DNA of 64,000 bases. It comes from Octopus vulgaris (lineage: Eukaryota). The position numbers and the translations under genes are program-made. The stretch lies in assembly GCA_951406725.2 (NCBI GenBank), contig OX597842.1, positions 19,840,001 to 19,904,000 of the forward strand, given 5' to 3'. The notes beneath the pieces were generated by a model that made no database searches, was not told the origin of the DNA, and saw nothing but the letters and a program-made list of their open reading frames with translations. The stretch's first letter is position 1, and every line of letters begins with the position of its first letter. Below, in pieces: positions 12,166 to 24,966 of the stretch.

Positions 12166-14461
12166 GATCTGAAAAAATAATTTGCAAAATTTGCAAAATA
12201 ACAAAGTTTATAACCCAGGGTCCGAGGCTGGTCAGGCTGAGAAAAACAAACAGTCACAATATCATCAGTCACTCTTTAATAGATTTGTGGTCGAGCCTGT
12301 GGCATTGGAGATCTTATTCTTAACTATTTCAAATACTATAGAACGCTGTACAGTAGAGACAAGTGCAGTTTGAACTTGCACAAACACTTTTTGCTACAGC
12401 ATTTTCACGTCAAAATAAACGTTTTCTGAAGAAAATTCTAAATCATTTGAAACTTCTAACTGTGAACATTCTTCTTACTCTTTACTCTTTTACTTGTTTC
12501 AGTCATTTGACTGCGGCCATGCTGGAGCACCGCCTTTAGTCGAGCAAATCGACCCCGGGACTTATTCTTTGTAAACCCAGTACTTATTCTATCGGTCTCT
12601 TTTGCCGAACTGCTAAGTGATGGGGACGTAAACATACCAGCATCGGTTGTGAAGCAATGCTAGGGGGACAAACACAGACACACACATACATATATATGAA
12701 AGGCTTCTTTCAGTTTCCGTCTACCAAATCCACTCACAAGGCATTGGTCAGCCCGGGGCTATAGCAGAAGACACTTGCCCGATATGCCACGCAGTGGGAC
12801 TGAACCCGGAACCATGTGGTTGGTAAGCAAGCTACTTACCACACAGCCACTCCTGCGCCTTCTTGTATAGTTTTTCTGAAAATCCAACAGTTACAGATCA
12901 TGTCAGGTTCCCTGAAACTCCATGGTATTTCCTCGCATTTACAAACTTTGTTTTTTTCTTGGACTTTTGAATGACAACCCTCGTTCTAGTTCAATGCACT
13001 CAAGCACCATAACTCATGTTGCATTCAAAAATCATGCGTCCCCGAAGTCCATCCCCTCCTCACCGTGGTGGGGACACTGGCAACGGGTAGTGTCAGAGCT
13101 ATGCTGTCGGGAACTTCGGTTCCTTGTAGGGCCACCCAAGGCAGATTGGTCTTACACCGAGTGGTATTAGGCCCACAACCCGGCAGACGGTGCTCTGGTG
13201 AAAATCCTCGGAGTGTCTGTTTCAGCAACTGGCGGCTCCTCGGTCTTTGGGTTGTCTCTCTCTCTCTCCACATCTCCTAATGAGTTACCAGTAAGTTACA
13301 GATATTGATAGAGTCTTGAATTTACATTTTTAATGCTTAAAATAAGGAATTAGTTTTCACATTTTGTTTGTTCTTTAATCTATGTCTACATGTAATTCTG
13401 TGAAAGGTACACAGTGTCTGTGTGATATGCAAGACACAACAGCTAAATCTCCCTCATATCACCCATCTTTTCATGTGAAAATCACTCATCCTTTCATTTC
13501 ACCAAGAAAAACAAAAAAACAGTAGAAATTACATTTAAATATTTTCAAAAATTCATGGTGACACCTATTTCAAATGGTACCCTCTAAATTAAAACTACAT
13601 ACAAAAAAAGATAAAATAACGATTTTTATTGAGGAAAATTTTTGGAATGAAATCTTTTTGGAATGGTGGGTTTATGGTCGAGTGTGCACATTGGAGACCT
13701 CTGGCACCCTAGGGCCCTCAGCTGTATCCCTGCTCACAGCTATCGGGCAGAAATGGCTACCTGCATGTGCAAGCCCTGTGGGTCTCCATTGCCCACCTCT
13801 AGGGCAACTCCTTTTCTATTTTGTCTGCTGGGACGTTGAGGTGGTCTGAATTACAACAAACTGTATGTTCCATTCCTTAACCCTTTCTTTACCATATTTC
13901 TGTCGAGATGTTCTGTGTTTCTTTCAATTACTTTAAATATAACAAAGAATTTAGTAAAATAACTTAGTTATCATTAAGATAGTATTAGGAACATAAATTG
14001 TGATTAAGGTTTGGTGGAAGATTTGAATTCAAAACTTAAGAAAACAAGACATTTGTACTACAGAGCCAGAGGTGGTTTCGGTCGGGTTGGTAACAAAAGG
14101 GTTAATGTAAAATTTGAAGAGACAGATTTAAACTTTACACTGTTTCCGCCTCCTCCCCCTTTTTTTTTGAGTTTTATCAATTACTATACAACACTAAAGC
14201 AACTGCATTTTTTGTCTCTTTCTTTCTTCTTGCTGAATGAAAACAAATACCAAATTACAGGTATTTGTATAATTGTGGCCTTCCAGGTAGAATCCTGGTT
14301 TAAACAGTTCTTATAATTTCAGAAAATTTTTGCAACACACACAAATTAATATAATTATTGAAAAGACATAAAATGGATCATAAAATGAAATATCATCTTA
14401 ATTATTAATTTAAGAGAATCAGTATCAGAAAATAGCATATTGATATATTACTGATGTTCAC

Positions 14462-14632
14462 CTTAATTTTACGAAATAATCTTTAATATATATCTTGTGT
14501 TTTTATTACAATACAATCCAATATTTACAACAGAATCTCTTCTTTTTGGACAAACCTTATAGTTGTGGCTTGATGCAATGGGAAGTTTCAAAAACCAACT
14601 GGGAAATACAAACAACGAAAAGAACTTAGTTT
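14462..14632 (-). other. Candidate non-coding 5' exon of gene A (paralogous copy ~63733-63903)
   Basis: Strong polypyrimidine tract ttttatttttttctttcag and an AAG|gtgaac donor. The ATG exon is preceded by an acceptor, so an upstream exon is expected. Confidence 0.3.
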
Positions 14633-17039
14633 CTGAAAGAAAAAATAAAAGATATTATTTTTTAGAATTTTACTGAAAATGTACTGAATTTTTTAAAAAT
14701 TCAAAAAGTAAAAAGGTTATGAGTGGTCATATGGGGTTCTTAAACGAGAATTCCACCAAAAATCAAATTTTCAAACCAGTTTTTTTTAATAGCATAAATG
14801 TTTTTATGGGGACAACAATATTGAAAAACATGAATACATGTTACAGTGAGGAAGAAACAAGAAAGGTGGTTGTGGGATGTGTTAGAAACAACAGGCAGAT
14901 CTCCCTTAAATGACACACCTTTCTTTACTCATAACTTTCTGACAAATGGATATTAATGGATATATCGGAATTTGATGTGAAAAAGTTTTCCGAAGGTGGA
15001 GTGAAAAGTTTTGGAAAATTCACATCAGTTGGCTTTATTTCCTCATAACTTTTGGAAAAATGGATATTTTTTTAGTGGAATTTCCTACAAATATCATTCG
15101 GATTGTGAAGGTAACGATTATATCAGAATTTAATATGTAAACAAAATTTGTGGGCTCACACACATACATAATTACATACACATCGTGAATTCAAACTTGA
15201 TAGAAAAATGTTATATCTGTCAGTATGTGTGTGTGTGTATGTGTGCAAACCTATCATATTTTTTTTTTCATAATAGACTTCAATATTACTCTTTACTCTT
15301 TTACTTATTTCAGTCATTTGGCTGCGGCCATGCTGGAGCACCGCCTTTAGTCGAGGAAATCGACCCCCAGGACTTATTCTTTGTAAGCCCAGTACTTATT
15401 CTATCGGTCTATTACGTACATGTATATGAAAGATAAGGAGTGTAGATGTGTGTTTGGGTGTGATTAACTACAAGTAGATACAGCTGAATATGGCGTGATG
15501 GCGCGTACATCCGTTATCTTTCATAAACAGGGACACACATCTTTCACTTTCTCCTCTCAGAAGCAAATATCGCCTTCCACTCATCATCAAAATAAAAGAA
15601 AAGAAAAGAATTTTTTACGGGAATTTACGAACAATCCGCTGATCAAATTCGACGCTTCTGCAGCCAAAGCCGAAAGATTTCCAGACGTAATTCTTCAGTT
15701 TTGGTAAACAACGTCAGTCACTGACACAAGCTTCTCTTATGGCACAAACGAAGGGGCGGGACTACTTGCGTATAGACGTCACGGCGCGCGCACTTGTGTA
15801 GTCACGCATCCGCACAAGCTAGTCATGACTAGTCAATCCTTACTTTGTGTTTTTGAGTTTTATTTACTTTGTTTAAAAAAAATTCACTAACACTGACCCT
15901 AACCCTAATTTTAGCCTTTCGTTTTTTTTTCATTAATTAATAAATTAATTTAATTGTTACGCGTGTGTCTAAAATTATTCGTTTTGTTTTTGTTTTGAGA
16001 CACACGTGTATTGTTTAAACTATTGTTGGATCTTTTCCTTTTGAAGGCCAGTTTTCAACAATGTTTTATTTTGACACATTCTACCAGTATACGAAGTTTA
16101 AAAGTATTTAGTTAATTAGAAATTGTGTTGAAAACTGGCCTTCAAAAGGAAAAGATCCTTATTATTATTTTGCTGGAGTTTTTTTTCCTCGGTGAAAATC
16201 GTGCAGGTGAAAAGCTTAATAGGGGTGCGGGTGAAATTTCTGAGGTTTCCACCTCACCCCACCCCGATTTCGGGACTCGAAAAAGGATTTTATAGCATAT
16301 TAGGAGATCATAGGAATTCATAGAAAATTTTTTCCGATTCAAACCGAAAAGATTCGTTTAATATTTCGAATTACATAATCTTTTACGGAGATACCCAAAT
16401 CTTTTAAGAGCTTAGGGCCTCGACGGCCCTGCCCAACATTGGAATTTAAAAACACTTACCCGAGAACAAGTATTGCAGTAACGACGACGTAGCATCTGCT
16501 GTCGAAGACTAAAAAGGATGCAAAGTTCTCCACCAATAGAATTAACCACTGCAGCTTCGACGGTTGGGATGTGAGAGCGAGGGGGTACTATGTTCAAAAA
16601 TAAACATTATTTGGTCTCGTACGACACTCGTATACATACATATTGTACATACGGACCCATACAAGCCTATACATATATACAGAGGTGGGCACGGTTAATC
16701 TAAAAGTTCACTTCGTTAATTCTTTGAAAATTCAACGGAAGGTAGGGTTAAGGTTTATTGAACAAGAGGCATACCTACAGTTTAATACCCCACCGACTTC
16801 GTTGCATCAAAACTTCCAAGAAGTCGATACATTTTAACCAAACTTTCACCAAAGGCGCATGAGTGGCTGTGTGGTAAGTAGCTTGCTTACCAATCACATG
16901 GTTCCGGGTTCATTCCCACTGCTTGACACATTGGGCAAGTGTCTTCTACTATAGCCACGGGTCGACCAAAGCCTTGTGAGTGGATTTGGTAGATAAAAAC
17001 AGAACAGGCACACACACACTATGGAAATTACACGGAATC

Positions 17040-17864
17040 GGATCTTTTCCATTTGAACGGTACTTTGTAACATAATTTCTAGGTAACTAAAAAGTTTTAA
17101 ACTTCCTGTACTGGTAGAATGTGTTTATAAAACACCATTTTCTCTTGGCTTTATTGAGAAAATTCTATAGGTTGTAAGATATTTCGTCTTTAATTTCTTG
17201 CATTTCGGCAATTTTAACCAATCACTGGCGTCCATTTATGTAAATAACATTCTGTACATAATGAATATGTCCCTTCTTTATGAAACAGATTGGGTTTATT
17301 TACATTTGTGAAGAACAAAGATACTCTTCCCCCACCCCTAAATCTAAAATAGATTGAAATGCTTAGTTTTTTATAGCAGTGTCGTATGAAATTGTCACCA
17401 ATAATTATAACCCTAGTATCGATCTATTGCATTTCAATCTATTTTAGATTTAGAGTTAGAGTTAGGGTTTGGGGTGGGGGAAGAGTATCTTTTTTCTTCA
17501 CAAATGTAAATAAACCCAATCTGTTTCTTAAACGAGGGACATATTCATACAGCACGGAATGTTATTTACGTCAATGGAGGTAATTGATTGGTTAAAATTG
17601 CCGAAATGCAAGAAATTTTAGACGAAATATGTTACAATATTTATTACGAAATATGTTACAATGTTTTTTACCTCAATAGACGTCCATTGATTGGTTGAAA
17701 TTGCAGAAAGAAAAACAACAAATATCTTACAAACTATAGACTTTTCTCAATAAAGCCAAGAGAAAAAGATGTTTTATAAACACATTCTACCAGTATACGA
17801 AGTTTAAAAGTGTTTAGTTACGTGGAAATTATTTTAAAAAACTGCCGGTCAAACCGAAAAGATC
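17040..17864. mobile_element. MITE family with GGATCTTTTC(GGTTTGA)...(TCAAACC)GAAAAGATCC terminal inverted repeats
   Basis: TIRs at both ends, with internal TTAGGG-like runs. Other full or partial copies at ~16028-16158, 22565-22902, 26815-27320, 36599-36795, 41830-42132 and 43920-44110. Confidence 0.7.
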
Positions 17865-18320
17865 CCCCCATTTTCCTGAAAGTTGATGGAAAAACTCGGA
17901 CCTTGTGAATTTTCCCAAGTCCTCTCCCCACCCTCCCGTTGCGTAGCACGCATTTTGTTCCCTATTCGTTGCCTACACATTGTTTTACATCCATTTGAAT
18001 ATTTTTTCTTTTTCTTTTTTTCTCTTTGATTTCCAGTTCCGGGTCAACACATAGACATTAACCAACACTTTTAAAAAGTTTTATTGTCGAATGTTTTGTC
18101 ATAAATAGGCATATTTTGTACTTACGTTCCGAGGTACAAAATTATGCTCCACCCACCAAATTTATCTGTTCTAATTTCTGAAAAACAAAACGAAAATAAA
18201 AAGCCTTCTTCTATCATACTCTCAACTTTGGTCAACTTGCGTCGCAGGGTCTCGGAGGAGATGATGTTAGTTGAAGCCTACCAAATCTACCACACACAGA
18301 CAACTTCAGCTTTATATATA

Positions 18321-18695
18321 TACTAGCAGTATCGCCCGGGTTTGTTTCGACCCTTTAGAATTGGAATTTTTGAAAAGTAAAAATTTTGCATTATGTAGCT
18401 TGTTATTCTCTTTAAGTGAGCATTTTTCTGGTTGAAATACACCGAAAAATGGCGACACAGCAGTGAAAAAATCGTAAAAAATAGGGATTTTCATAGAAAA
18501 AAGCACCTTTTTGATGTAAATAATTTTTGGTGTTAACATGGTCCGATTTGAATTTCTGCGGAATGAAGAGCGAGCCTTCTTCTATCATACTCTCAATTTT
18601 GGTCAACTTGCGCCGCAGGGTCTCGGAGGAGATGGTGTTAATCGAAGGCTACCAAACCTGCCATACACAGGCAACTTCAGCTTTAAGTATATAGT
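18321..18695 (-). mobile_element. Non-autonomous Helitron-like element (similar copy ~25463-25825)
   Basis: On the minus strand it ends in CTAG-T after a GC-rich CCCGGGCGA subterminal motif, and no TIRs are visible. The region ~18210-18752, including flank, is repeated at ~25365-25885. Confidence 0.45.
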
Positions 18696-18978
18696 TGGAC
18701 TTTTAACCACAACGGCACAAGGGAGACCACTCTGAATCTTAGCTGCCCTCGCTCTGTGATTTCTTTCATAAGCTAAGAATAGGAACTCGAACCCGCGGCT
18801 CTTACCTCGATCACTAAACGGTAAAACAAAGATATTTGTTCGTTATTTAAAGGAAAATTGCTTTAGATTGATCTTTTGTCTCCTGTCTGAGTAACTATTG
18901 AAGAGGCTAGAACATGCGTCTCGACCGAAATCAAAAGGAATTGAGAATGAAGTAAAATGCCACAATCAAATACACTTT

Positions 18979-19207
18979 GGTACTACTAGCGAACAGTGAG
19001 CCCGGGGCGCGCACGGGCGCCACTCACGCTAGCTAGTCGATCCTACGACTTTTTAAACCTAACCCTAACCTTAGTTTTGTTTATAAAAATCATTTATTTA
19101 CTCAGTTTGAAGAATTATTTACTTTGTTCGAAAAATATTAATTAATTTCCTTTGATATGTATTCAGCCTTGAAATACAAACATACGCGCAAGTTCGCTAG
19201 TAGTACC
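18979..19207. mobile_element. MITE with GGTACTAC...GTAGTACC termini
   Basis: GGTACTACTAGCGAAC / GTTCGCTAGTAGTACC TIRs; internal GCGCGCAC and CTAGTCGATCC motifs shared with 24766-24966 and 29347-29531. Confidence 0.7.
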
Positions 19208-19259
19208 ATCTTTCTGAACACTTTGTAAATATGTTTGAGTTGACAAACTAGGGATTCGT

Positions 19260-19790
19260 GTAGAACAGTAAACCATTGGTCGAAACATACCACCACTGAT
19301 ACACCTCATTCCCTTTTTATGTTCGAATTTGGCTGCCCTTTCTAATACACCGATCGACCACAGACACTTTGATCTCGCATGGGCCGTAGCAGATACTGTT
19401 TACTACAAGAACACTCGTGGGAGAAGGAATGTATGGGTCATGGAAGTGAGGTAAGGTTTTAGTGATAGCGACTGTACGACATGCAATGGGTTTTGAAGAT
19501 TTTCCCTGCTTCATTGTAAAAACTTAATTTCTGAGCGTCTAACTAGCTATTACTTCTGCAAGGCATTCCTTCGATATAACTCGACAAAATCAAAACGTTT
19601 CCCTTCGGGTATTTCCGTGGGTTGTGGAGTATAGATATAACGATGGAAGGATGTGATGAGAAAGGTGGGTGGCAGTAACCCAGCTTAATCATTGACGAAA
19701 GGAAAAGATCGTTGCCGGGCCTTATAGGGTGCCGGGTTCGATCCTTTAATCTTTTTATTCGTTTTCTTATGTGTTTTTTTGCTTTTTTTA
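19260..19790 (+). mobile_element. Highly decayed Tx1/L1-like 3' end
   Basis: GAAAGGTGGGTG (ERWV) followed by a stop and a T-rich tail, as in the 930-1460 remnant. Confidence 0.3.
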
Positions 19791-21054
19791 AAGTTTTAGT
19801 CTAAGGTTAAATTAATTACTTTTTTACTTGTTTCAGTCATTTTGACTGCGGCCATGCTGGAGCACCGCCTTTAATCGAGCAAATCGACCCCGGGACTTAT
19901 TCGTTTGTAAGCCCAGTACTTATTCTATCGGTCTCTTTTGCCGAACCGCTAAGTAACGGGGACATAAACACACCAGCATCGGTTGTCAAGCAATGCTAGG
20001 GGGACAAACACACACGCATATATATATACATATATACGACGGGCTTCTTTCAGTTTCCGTCTACCAAATCCACCCACAAGGATTTGGTCGGCCCGAGGCT
20101 ATAGTAGAAGACACTTGCCGAAGATGCCACGCAGTGGGACTGAACCCGGAACCATGTGGTTGGTAAATAAGCTATTTACCACACAGCCACTCCTGCACCT
20201 ATGGTGCATAAAATATATTTTAGTAAATTTTTAAATGATATCATACGAACTCATATAACATTTTTGTTTGTCCTGTCTTGTCGCATTCTGTATAAGATCG
20301 TCCTGATCATAATAAAGATTCCATTTTAAACCTGAAGAAAAAAAAGCTTTGCATATTTCTTCTTAACCCATTTCGTTTGTGTCTGTAAAATCCGCAAATT
20401 TCCAAGAAGAAAACAGAATCGAACTGTCGTTTGCTTCCACGGAAATACCCGAAGTGAAATGTTTTGATTCTGTCGAGTTATATCGAAAGAATGCCAGAAA
20501 TGCCTTGTGGTATTCTTTCCGGCTCTTTCGGAATTCAACCCTTGCGTTCCCCCGGGGGCTAATAAAATATCTGCCAAGTACTGGCAGACAAACGTAGTCA
20601 TGTGCTTACAAATTAAGGAAACGGAGCCCCAATTTTGGCGATCTTTCGTTTTCAGTACAGTTCACATCACTTCTAAACCACGTAGGTTTGTTTATGTTTC
20701 TCCTGAACATGATCGGTGCTTTCCGTAAAAACTTTATTCTTTACGTACGTGGGAGGACAGGGGGCTTTTCTTTTGAAGTCGGCGTAAAGCGAAAGAGAGA
20801 GGAATTGATGTGTGGGCGTGTGTTGATGGGGTGCACGAGGCAGAAAGTGTGGTGTGTATATGAAGTGGTTTTGTTAGTGTGTGTGTGATGACAGAGTGAG
20901 CAATGGATGTATGTGTGTTGATGAGGTTTGCCAGAGAGAAAATGTGTCTGAAGGTGTTTTGCTGGTGTGTGTGCGTCATAGAGAGAGAGAGCCATAACTG
21001 AAATTTCTTTCTTTTACTTTTTGTAGTGAGTGAATGACAGAGAAAGAGGTTATG

Positions 21055-21803
21055 TACCGTAAATCCGCATTTCCCCCTAAAATTTAAGGGTCAAAATCCC
21101 TAGTGCATACTATATACGAGGTTAAAAATGAAAAATATTTTCTAAGCATGTCCGGCAATGTTTATTCAGACGCATTTTGTGATGTCGGGAGTGAAAATAT
21201 CTTAAGCTAAGCCTGAAAGCAATGAAGTCATAAAAGAATCATCCATAACTTGCAGTAAGCAACATTTATTAAACGTTATTACTGTTATTTCTTTATTTTC
21301 TGCAAACAAAATGCACAAAAAAGCTACACGTTTGTATTATGTTATATATACAATAATAATAAAGGACGTTACCGTATAGTTTTACAAACCAAGGACGTTA
21401 TAAAGGTTTAGGCTTTTCAGAGGTACAGCCCCCTAAAAATCTTTCTTAAACGTTATTACTGTTATTTCTTTGTTTTCTGCAAACAAAATGCACAAAAAAG
21501 CTACACGTTTGTATTATGCTATATATACAATAATAATAAAGGACGTTACCGTATACAGTTTTACAAACCAAGGACGTTATAAAGGTTTAGGCTTTTCAGA
21601 GGTACAGCCTAAAAATCTTTCTTAAACGTTATTACTGTTATTTCTTTGTTTTCTGCAAACAAAATGCACAAAAAAGCTACACGTTTGTATTATGTTATAT
21701 ATACAATAATAATAAAGGACCTTACCGTATACATTTTTACAAACCAAGGACATTACATAGACCTCCTTGACTCAAGTTAGAGAAAGGGTGCATATTATAC
21801 ACA
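21055..21803. repeat. DNA-transposon-like element containing a ~177-bp tandem repeat (about 3 copies)
   Basis: Unit AAACGTTATTACTGTTATTTC... starts at ~21271, 21448 and 21625. The element begins TACCGTAAATCC (pogo/Tigger-like end) and is truncated by a SINE. Confidence 0.65.
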
Positions 21804-23571
21804 AGGAGTGGCTGTGTGGTAAGTAGCTTGCTTACCAACCACATGGTTTCGGGTTCAGTCCCACTGCGTGGCACCTTGGGCAAGTGTCTTCTGCTATAGC
21901 CCCGGGCCGACCAATGCCTTGAGTGGATTTGGTAGACGGAAACTGAAAGAAGCCTGTCGTATGTGTATGTTTGTCCCCCTAGCATTGCTTGACAACCGAT
22001 GCTGGTGTGTTTACACCCCGTCACTTAGCGGTTCGGCAAAAGATACCGATAGAATAAGTACTGGGCTTACAAAGAATAAGTCCCGGGGTCGATTTGCTCG
22101 ACTAAAGGCGGTGCTCCAGCATGGCCGCTGTCTGAAACAAGTAAAAGAGAAAGGATACACGGTATGTGTGCATGGCTTTTGTCACAAACATACGTACGTA
22201 CACCTACTGCATACATGTTCATATGCGTGTGCGAGGAGAGATAGAGAGAAGATATACCTTTCGTTTTTGCTTGTTGTTTGCATGTATGTTTATGTAACGA
22301 ACGGTATGCTACGTAGAAAATGATGAGATTGCTTCCATAGAACGACAGCAGTCGAAGTTATACAAAACATTTCTATTTCACCGTTACGTGTGACATCAAC
22401 AATCGCAGAGCATATCTGTACAAGAAAGAGCGCGCCTTATCGACTGCTACCGTTGCAGCCTTACATTTCTACTTGTCCTGTTTTCACCATTACGGCATCA
22501 TGCAACGGACAGATAGTGCAATATCTGTTGATGCGACGATAGTTGTTTCTTTTAATTTAAAAAGGGATCTTTTCGGTTTGAACGGCAGATTTTTCTAGCA
22601 GTGTCATATGAAATTGTCACTCATAATTACGACCCTAGTATCGATCTATTGCATTTCAATGTTTTAAGGTTAGGAGTGGGAGAAGGGTATCTTTTTTTCT
22701 TCAGAAATGTAAATAAACGCAATTTGTTTCATAAACGAGGTACATATTCATACGGCACGGAATGTTTTTCACCTCAATAGACGTCAATGATTGGTTGAAA
22801 TTGCAGAAAAAAAAACATCTCAATAAAGCCAAGAGAAAAAGATGTTTTATAAACACATTCCACCAGTACACGAAGTAAACTGCCGCTCAAACCGAAAAGA
22901 TCCGTAATGTCTGTTGATTCAACGATGGTTGCCCTTTTAAAAATGCTTTCACTTTGGCACCTCACTTCGTAACTCAAAAACCATTACAGACGAAAAGCGA
23001 GATTGGCTGTGTTTCTACAAAATTCCTCGTTTGTATATTTTTATCTTTTTCCCGAAGGGTGGGAAATCCGTGCCCCACTCCCTCGGAAAAAATTTAATTA
23101 AAAATATCCATATTCCTAAGTTGAGGGGAAAAAATCGGATCCTGTGAATCTTCCGAAAGTCCGTTGGCGTAAATCTTTCGTTTCATATTCGTTTAATGCA
23201 CATTTTTCTCACACCCTTTTCACTGGGTTATTTCGCTTTTGTTTCGGTGACCAGGAGTGAAAGTAAAATATTAAGCTTTCCTTTTCGAAAATACTCCGGC
23301 GAACATCAACATTATAAGTTGGAATTTCTCCGTTTTGACGGGAATCTCTCGGATATTTCCAGAGAACCGTTTGAAACTATCTGAAGCAACTTTAAGCAGT
23401 CTAGAAAACTCTCGGTAAAAAAAAATTCAAGCGAAAAGGTATGATTCAAGGGCTGTTATTTGTAGGAAAAACCGTTATTTTCAAAACTCTCCTTAAAGCC
23501 TACTCACAATAAGAAAAAGAAAATTCGCAAATCGGCAGAAAATCTGAATTAACTTTCATGAGAATGTGGGT

Positions 23572-23587
23572 GGCCCTGAAAAGGACC
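23572..23587 (-). terminator. Histone 3' stem-loop of H2B-1
   Basis: GGTCCTTTTCAGGGCC followed by ACCCA on the minus strand. Confidence 0.9.
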
Positions 23588-23619
23588 GTTATTCTTCGAT
23601 GAAGAGAAACGAAGCAAGT

Positions 23620-23997
23620 TTACTTGCTGCTAGTGTATTTGGTGACGGCCTTGGTACCCTCAGAGACGGCGTGTTTGGCCAACTCACCAGGAAGGAGAAG
23701 ACGGACAGCAGTCTGCACCTCACGGCTACTGATGGTCGAACGTTTGTTGTAGTGAGCCAAGCGGCTGGATTCAGAAGCTATTCTTTCGAACAGATCGTTG
23801 ACAAAACTGTTCATGATGGACATAGCTTTGCTGGAGATGCCAGTGTCCGGGTGGACTTGCTTCATCACTTTGTAGATGTAGATGGAATAACTTTCCTTCC
23901 TCTTCTTCTTACGTTTCTTGTCCCCGGCAGGGCGAGAGGTCTTGGCCTTGGAGGCCTTCTTGGCTCCTTTCGAAGCAGTTGCTGGTGCTGGTGGCAT
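23620..23997 (-). CDS. H2B: Histone H2B (125 aa, intronless)
   Basis: [10 protein letters not shown]...[26 protein letters not shown]...TKYTSSK. The true ATG is at 23997; the ORF track starts 8 codons upstream. Confidence 0.98.
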   Translation of the reverse strand: MPPAPATASKGAKKASKAKTSRPAGDKKRKKKRKESYSIYIYKVMKQVHPDTGISSKAMSIMNSFVNDLFERIASESSRLAHYNKRSTISSREVQTAVRLLLPGELAKHAVSEGTKAVTKYTSSK

Positions 23998-24266
23998 AAT
24001 GTCACTTGCTCTACTAATCAACCCTCGTCCACGCTATTTATAATTGACAAGTAGGCTCAGCCGAGCACCTTGCTGACGTTTCGCGCCAATCAATTTCATT
24101 GGTGGAATTTGACAGCAGTCTAATCACGTGACATAAACCCGCTCCTTTTTCGCTCGGCAGTTTGTGACTGCTGGAGCCTCCTGACTGCTATTTAAAGCCA
24201 AAAGCCGCCGTCTTTTTTAAACTTTGGCCGTCTTCTTTGTTGAGAACTACTGTCGAACTTTGAAAT
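23998..24266. promoter_or_regulatory. Bidirectional H2B/H2A promoter (duplicate at 31647-31915)
   Basis: 269-bp divergent spacer with TATAAATA on the minus strand (~24034-24041), CCAAT/ATTGG boxes, TGACGT, TCACGTGA and TATTTAAA (24189-24196). Confidence 0.75.
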
Positions 24267-24644
24267 ATGTCTGGACGTGGTAAAGGAGGAAAAGTAAAGG
24301 GAAAGAGCAAGACCCGTTCGTCCCGTGCCGGACTTCAGTTCCCTGTCGGTCGTATCCACCGTCTTCTCCGTAAGGGAAATTATGCCCAACGTGTCGGTGC
24401 CGGAGCCCCAGTCTACTTGGCCGCTGTGATGGAATATTTGGCTGCTGAGGTGTTGGAATTGGCAGGAAATGCTGCCAGAGATAACAAGAAATCGAGAATC
24501 ATTCCCCGTCACTTGCAGTTGGCCATCCGTAACGACGAAGAATTGAACAAACTTTTGTCCGGAGTGACCATCGCCCAGGGTGGTGTTCTTCCCAACATTC
24601 AGGCTGTTCTTCTGCCCAAGAAAACCCAGAAGGCTTCCAAGTAA
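24267..24644 (+). CDS. H2A: Histone H2A (125 aa)
   Basis: [15 protein letters not shown]...[20 protein letters not shown]; no C-terminal SQ motif, so not H2A.X. Confidence 0.98.
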   Translation: MSGRGKGGKVKGKSKTRSSRAGLQFPVGRIHRLLRKGNYAQRVGAGAPVYLAAVMEYLAAEVLELAGNAARDNKKSRIIPRHLQLAIRNDEELNKLLSGVTIAQGGVLPNIQAVLLPKKTQKASK

Positions 24645-24682
24645 ATTAATTCGGTGGCATTTTTGGCTTTAGCCAAAACAAC

Positions 24683-24698
24683 GGCCCTTTTCAGGGCC
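24683..24698 (+). terminator. Histone 3' stem-loop of H2A-1
   Basis: GGCCCTTTTCAGGGCC. Confidence 0.9.
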
Positions 24699-24765
24699 TC
24701 TCACACTCTGCGTATTCGTCTTCTCTCGACTTAATATTTGCGATTTTTTCGTCTGAAGAATTTTT

Positions 24766-24966
24766 GGTACTACTTCAGAAGAGTGGTCCCGGTGACCGCG
24801 CTAGCTAGACGTGACTAGTCGATCCTTTGTGTTTCTTATTTACTTTAATTCATTTTGTGTTTTATTTACTTTGTTTAGAAATAATTATTTATTTTGTGTT
24901 TTATTTACTTTGCTAGGATCGTCTCGTTGCGAGTGCGCGCACCGGGATCTCTCGTTATGTAGTACC
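24766..24966. mobile_element. GGTACTAC-TIR MITE
   Basis: GGTACTAC...GTAGTACC termini and internal motifs shared with 29347-29531. Confidence 0.65.

Noticed and set aside
13036-13095. HDV-like ribozyme suggested by TCCTCAC and GTCCCC/GGGGAC
   Set aside because: P1.1, P2 and the J4/2 catalytic strand cannot be placed, and the motif changes to TTCTCAC in the paralog.
15750-15840. CpG-rich promoter-like patch (GGGGCGGG, GACGTCA, GCGCGCAC)
   Set aside because: Most of it matches the left end of the GGTACTAC MITE family, so a promoter call is unsupported, although it could still act as one.
19660-19760. Possible Pol III ncRNA (GGGTTCGATCC B-box followed by T runs)
   Set aside because: No clear A-box or fold; the context resembles the 3' end of a decayed Tx1-like LINE.
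20734-20995. His/Thr-rich ORFs, considered as histone H1 or another gene
   Set aside because: Low-complexity GT-rich sequence with no winged-helix domain or Lys/Ala-rich tail.
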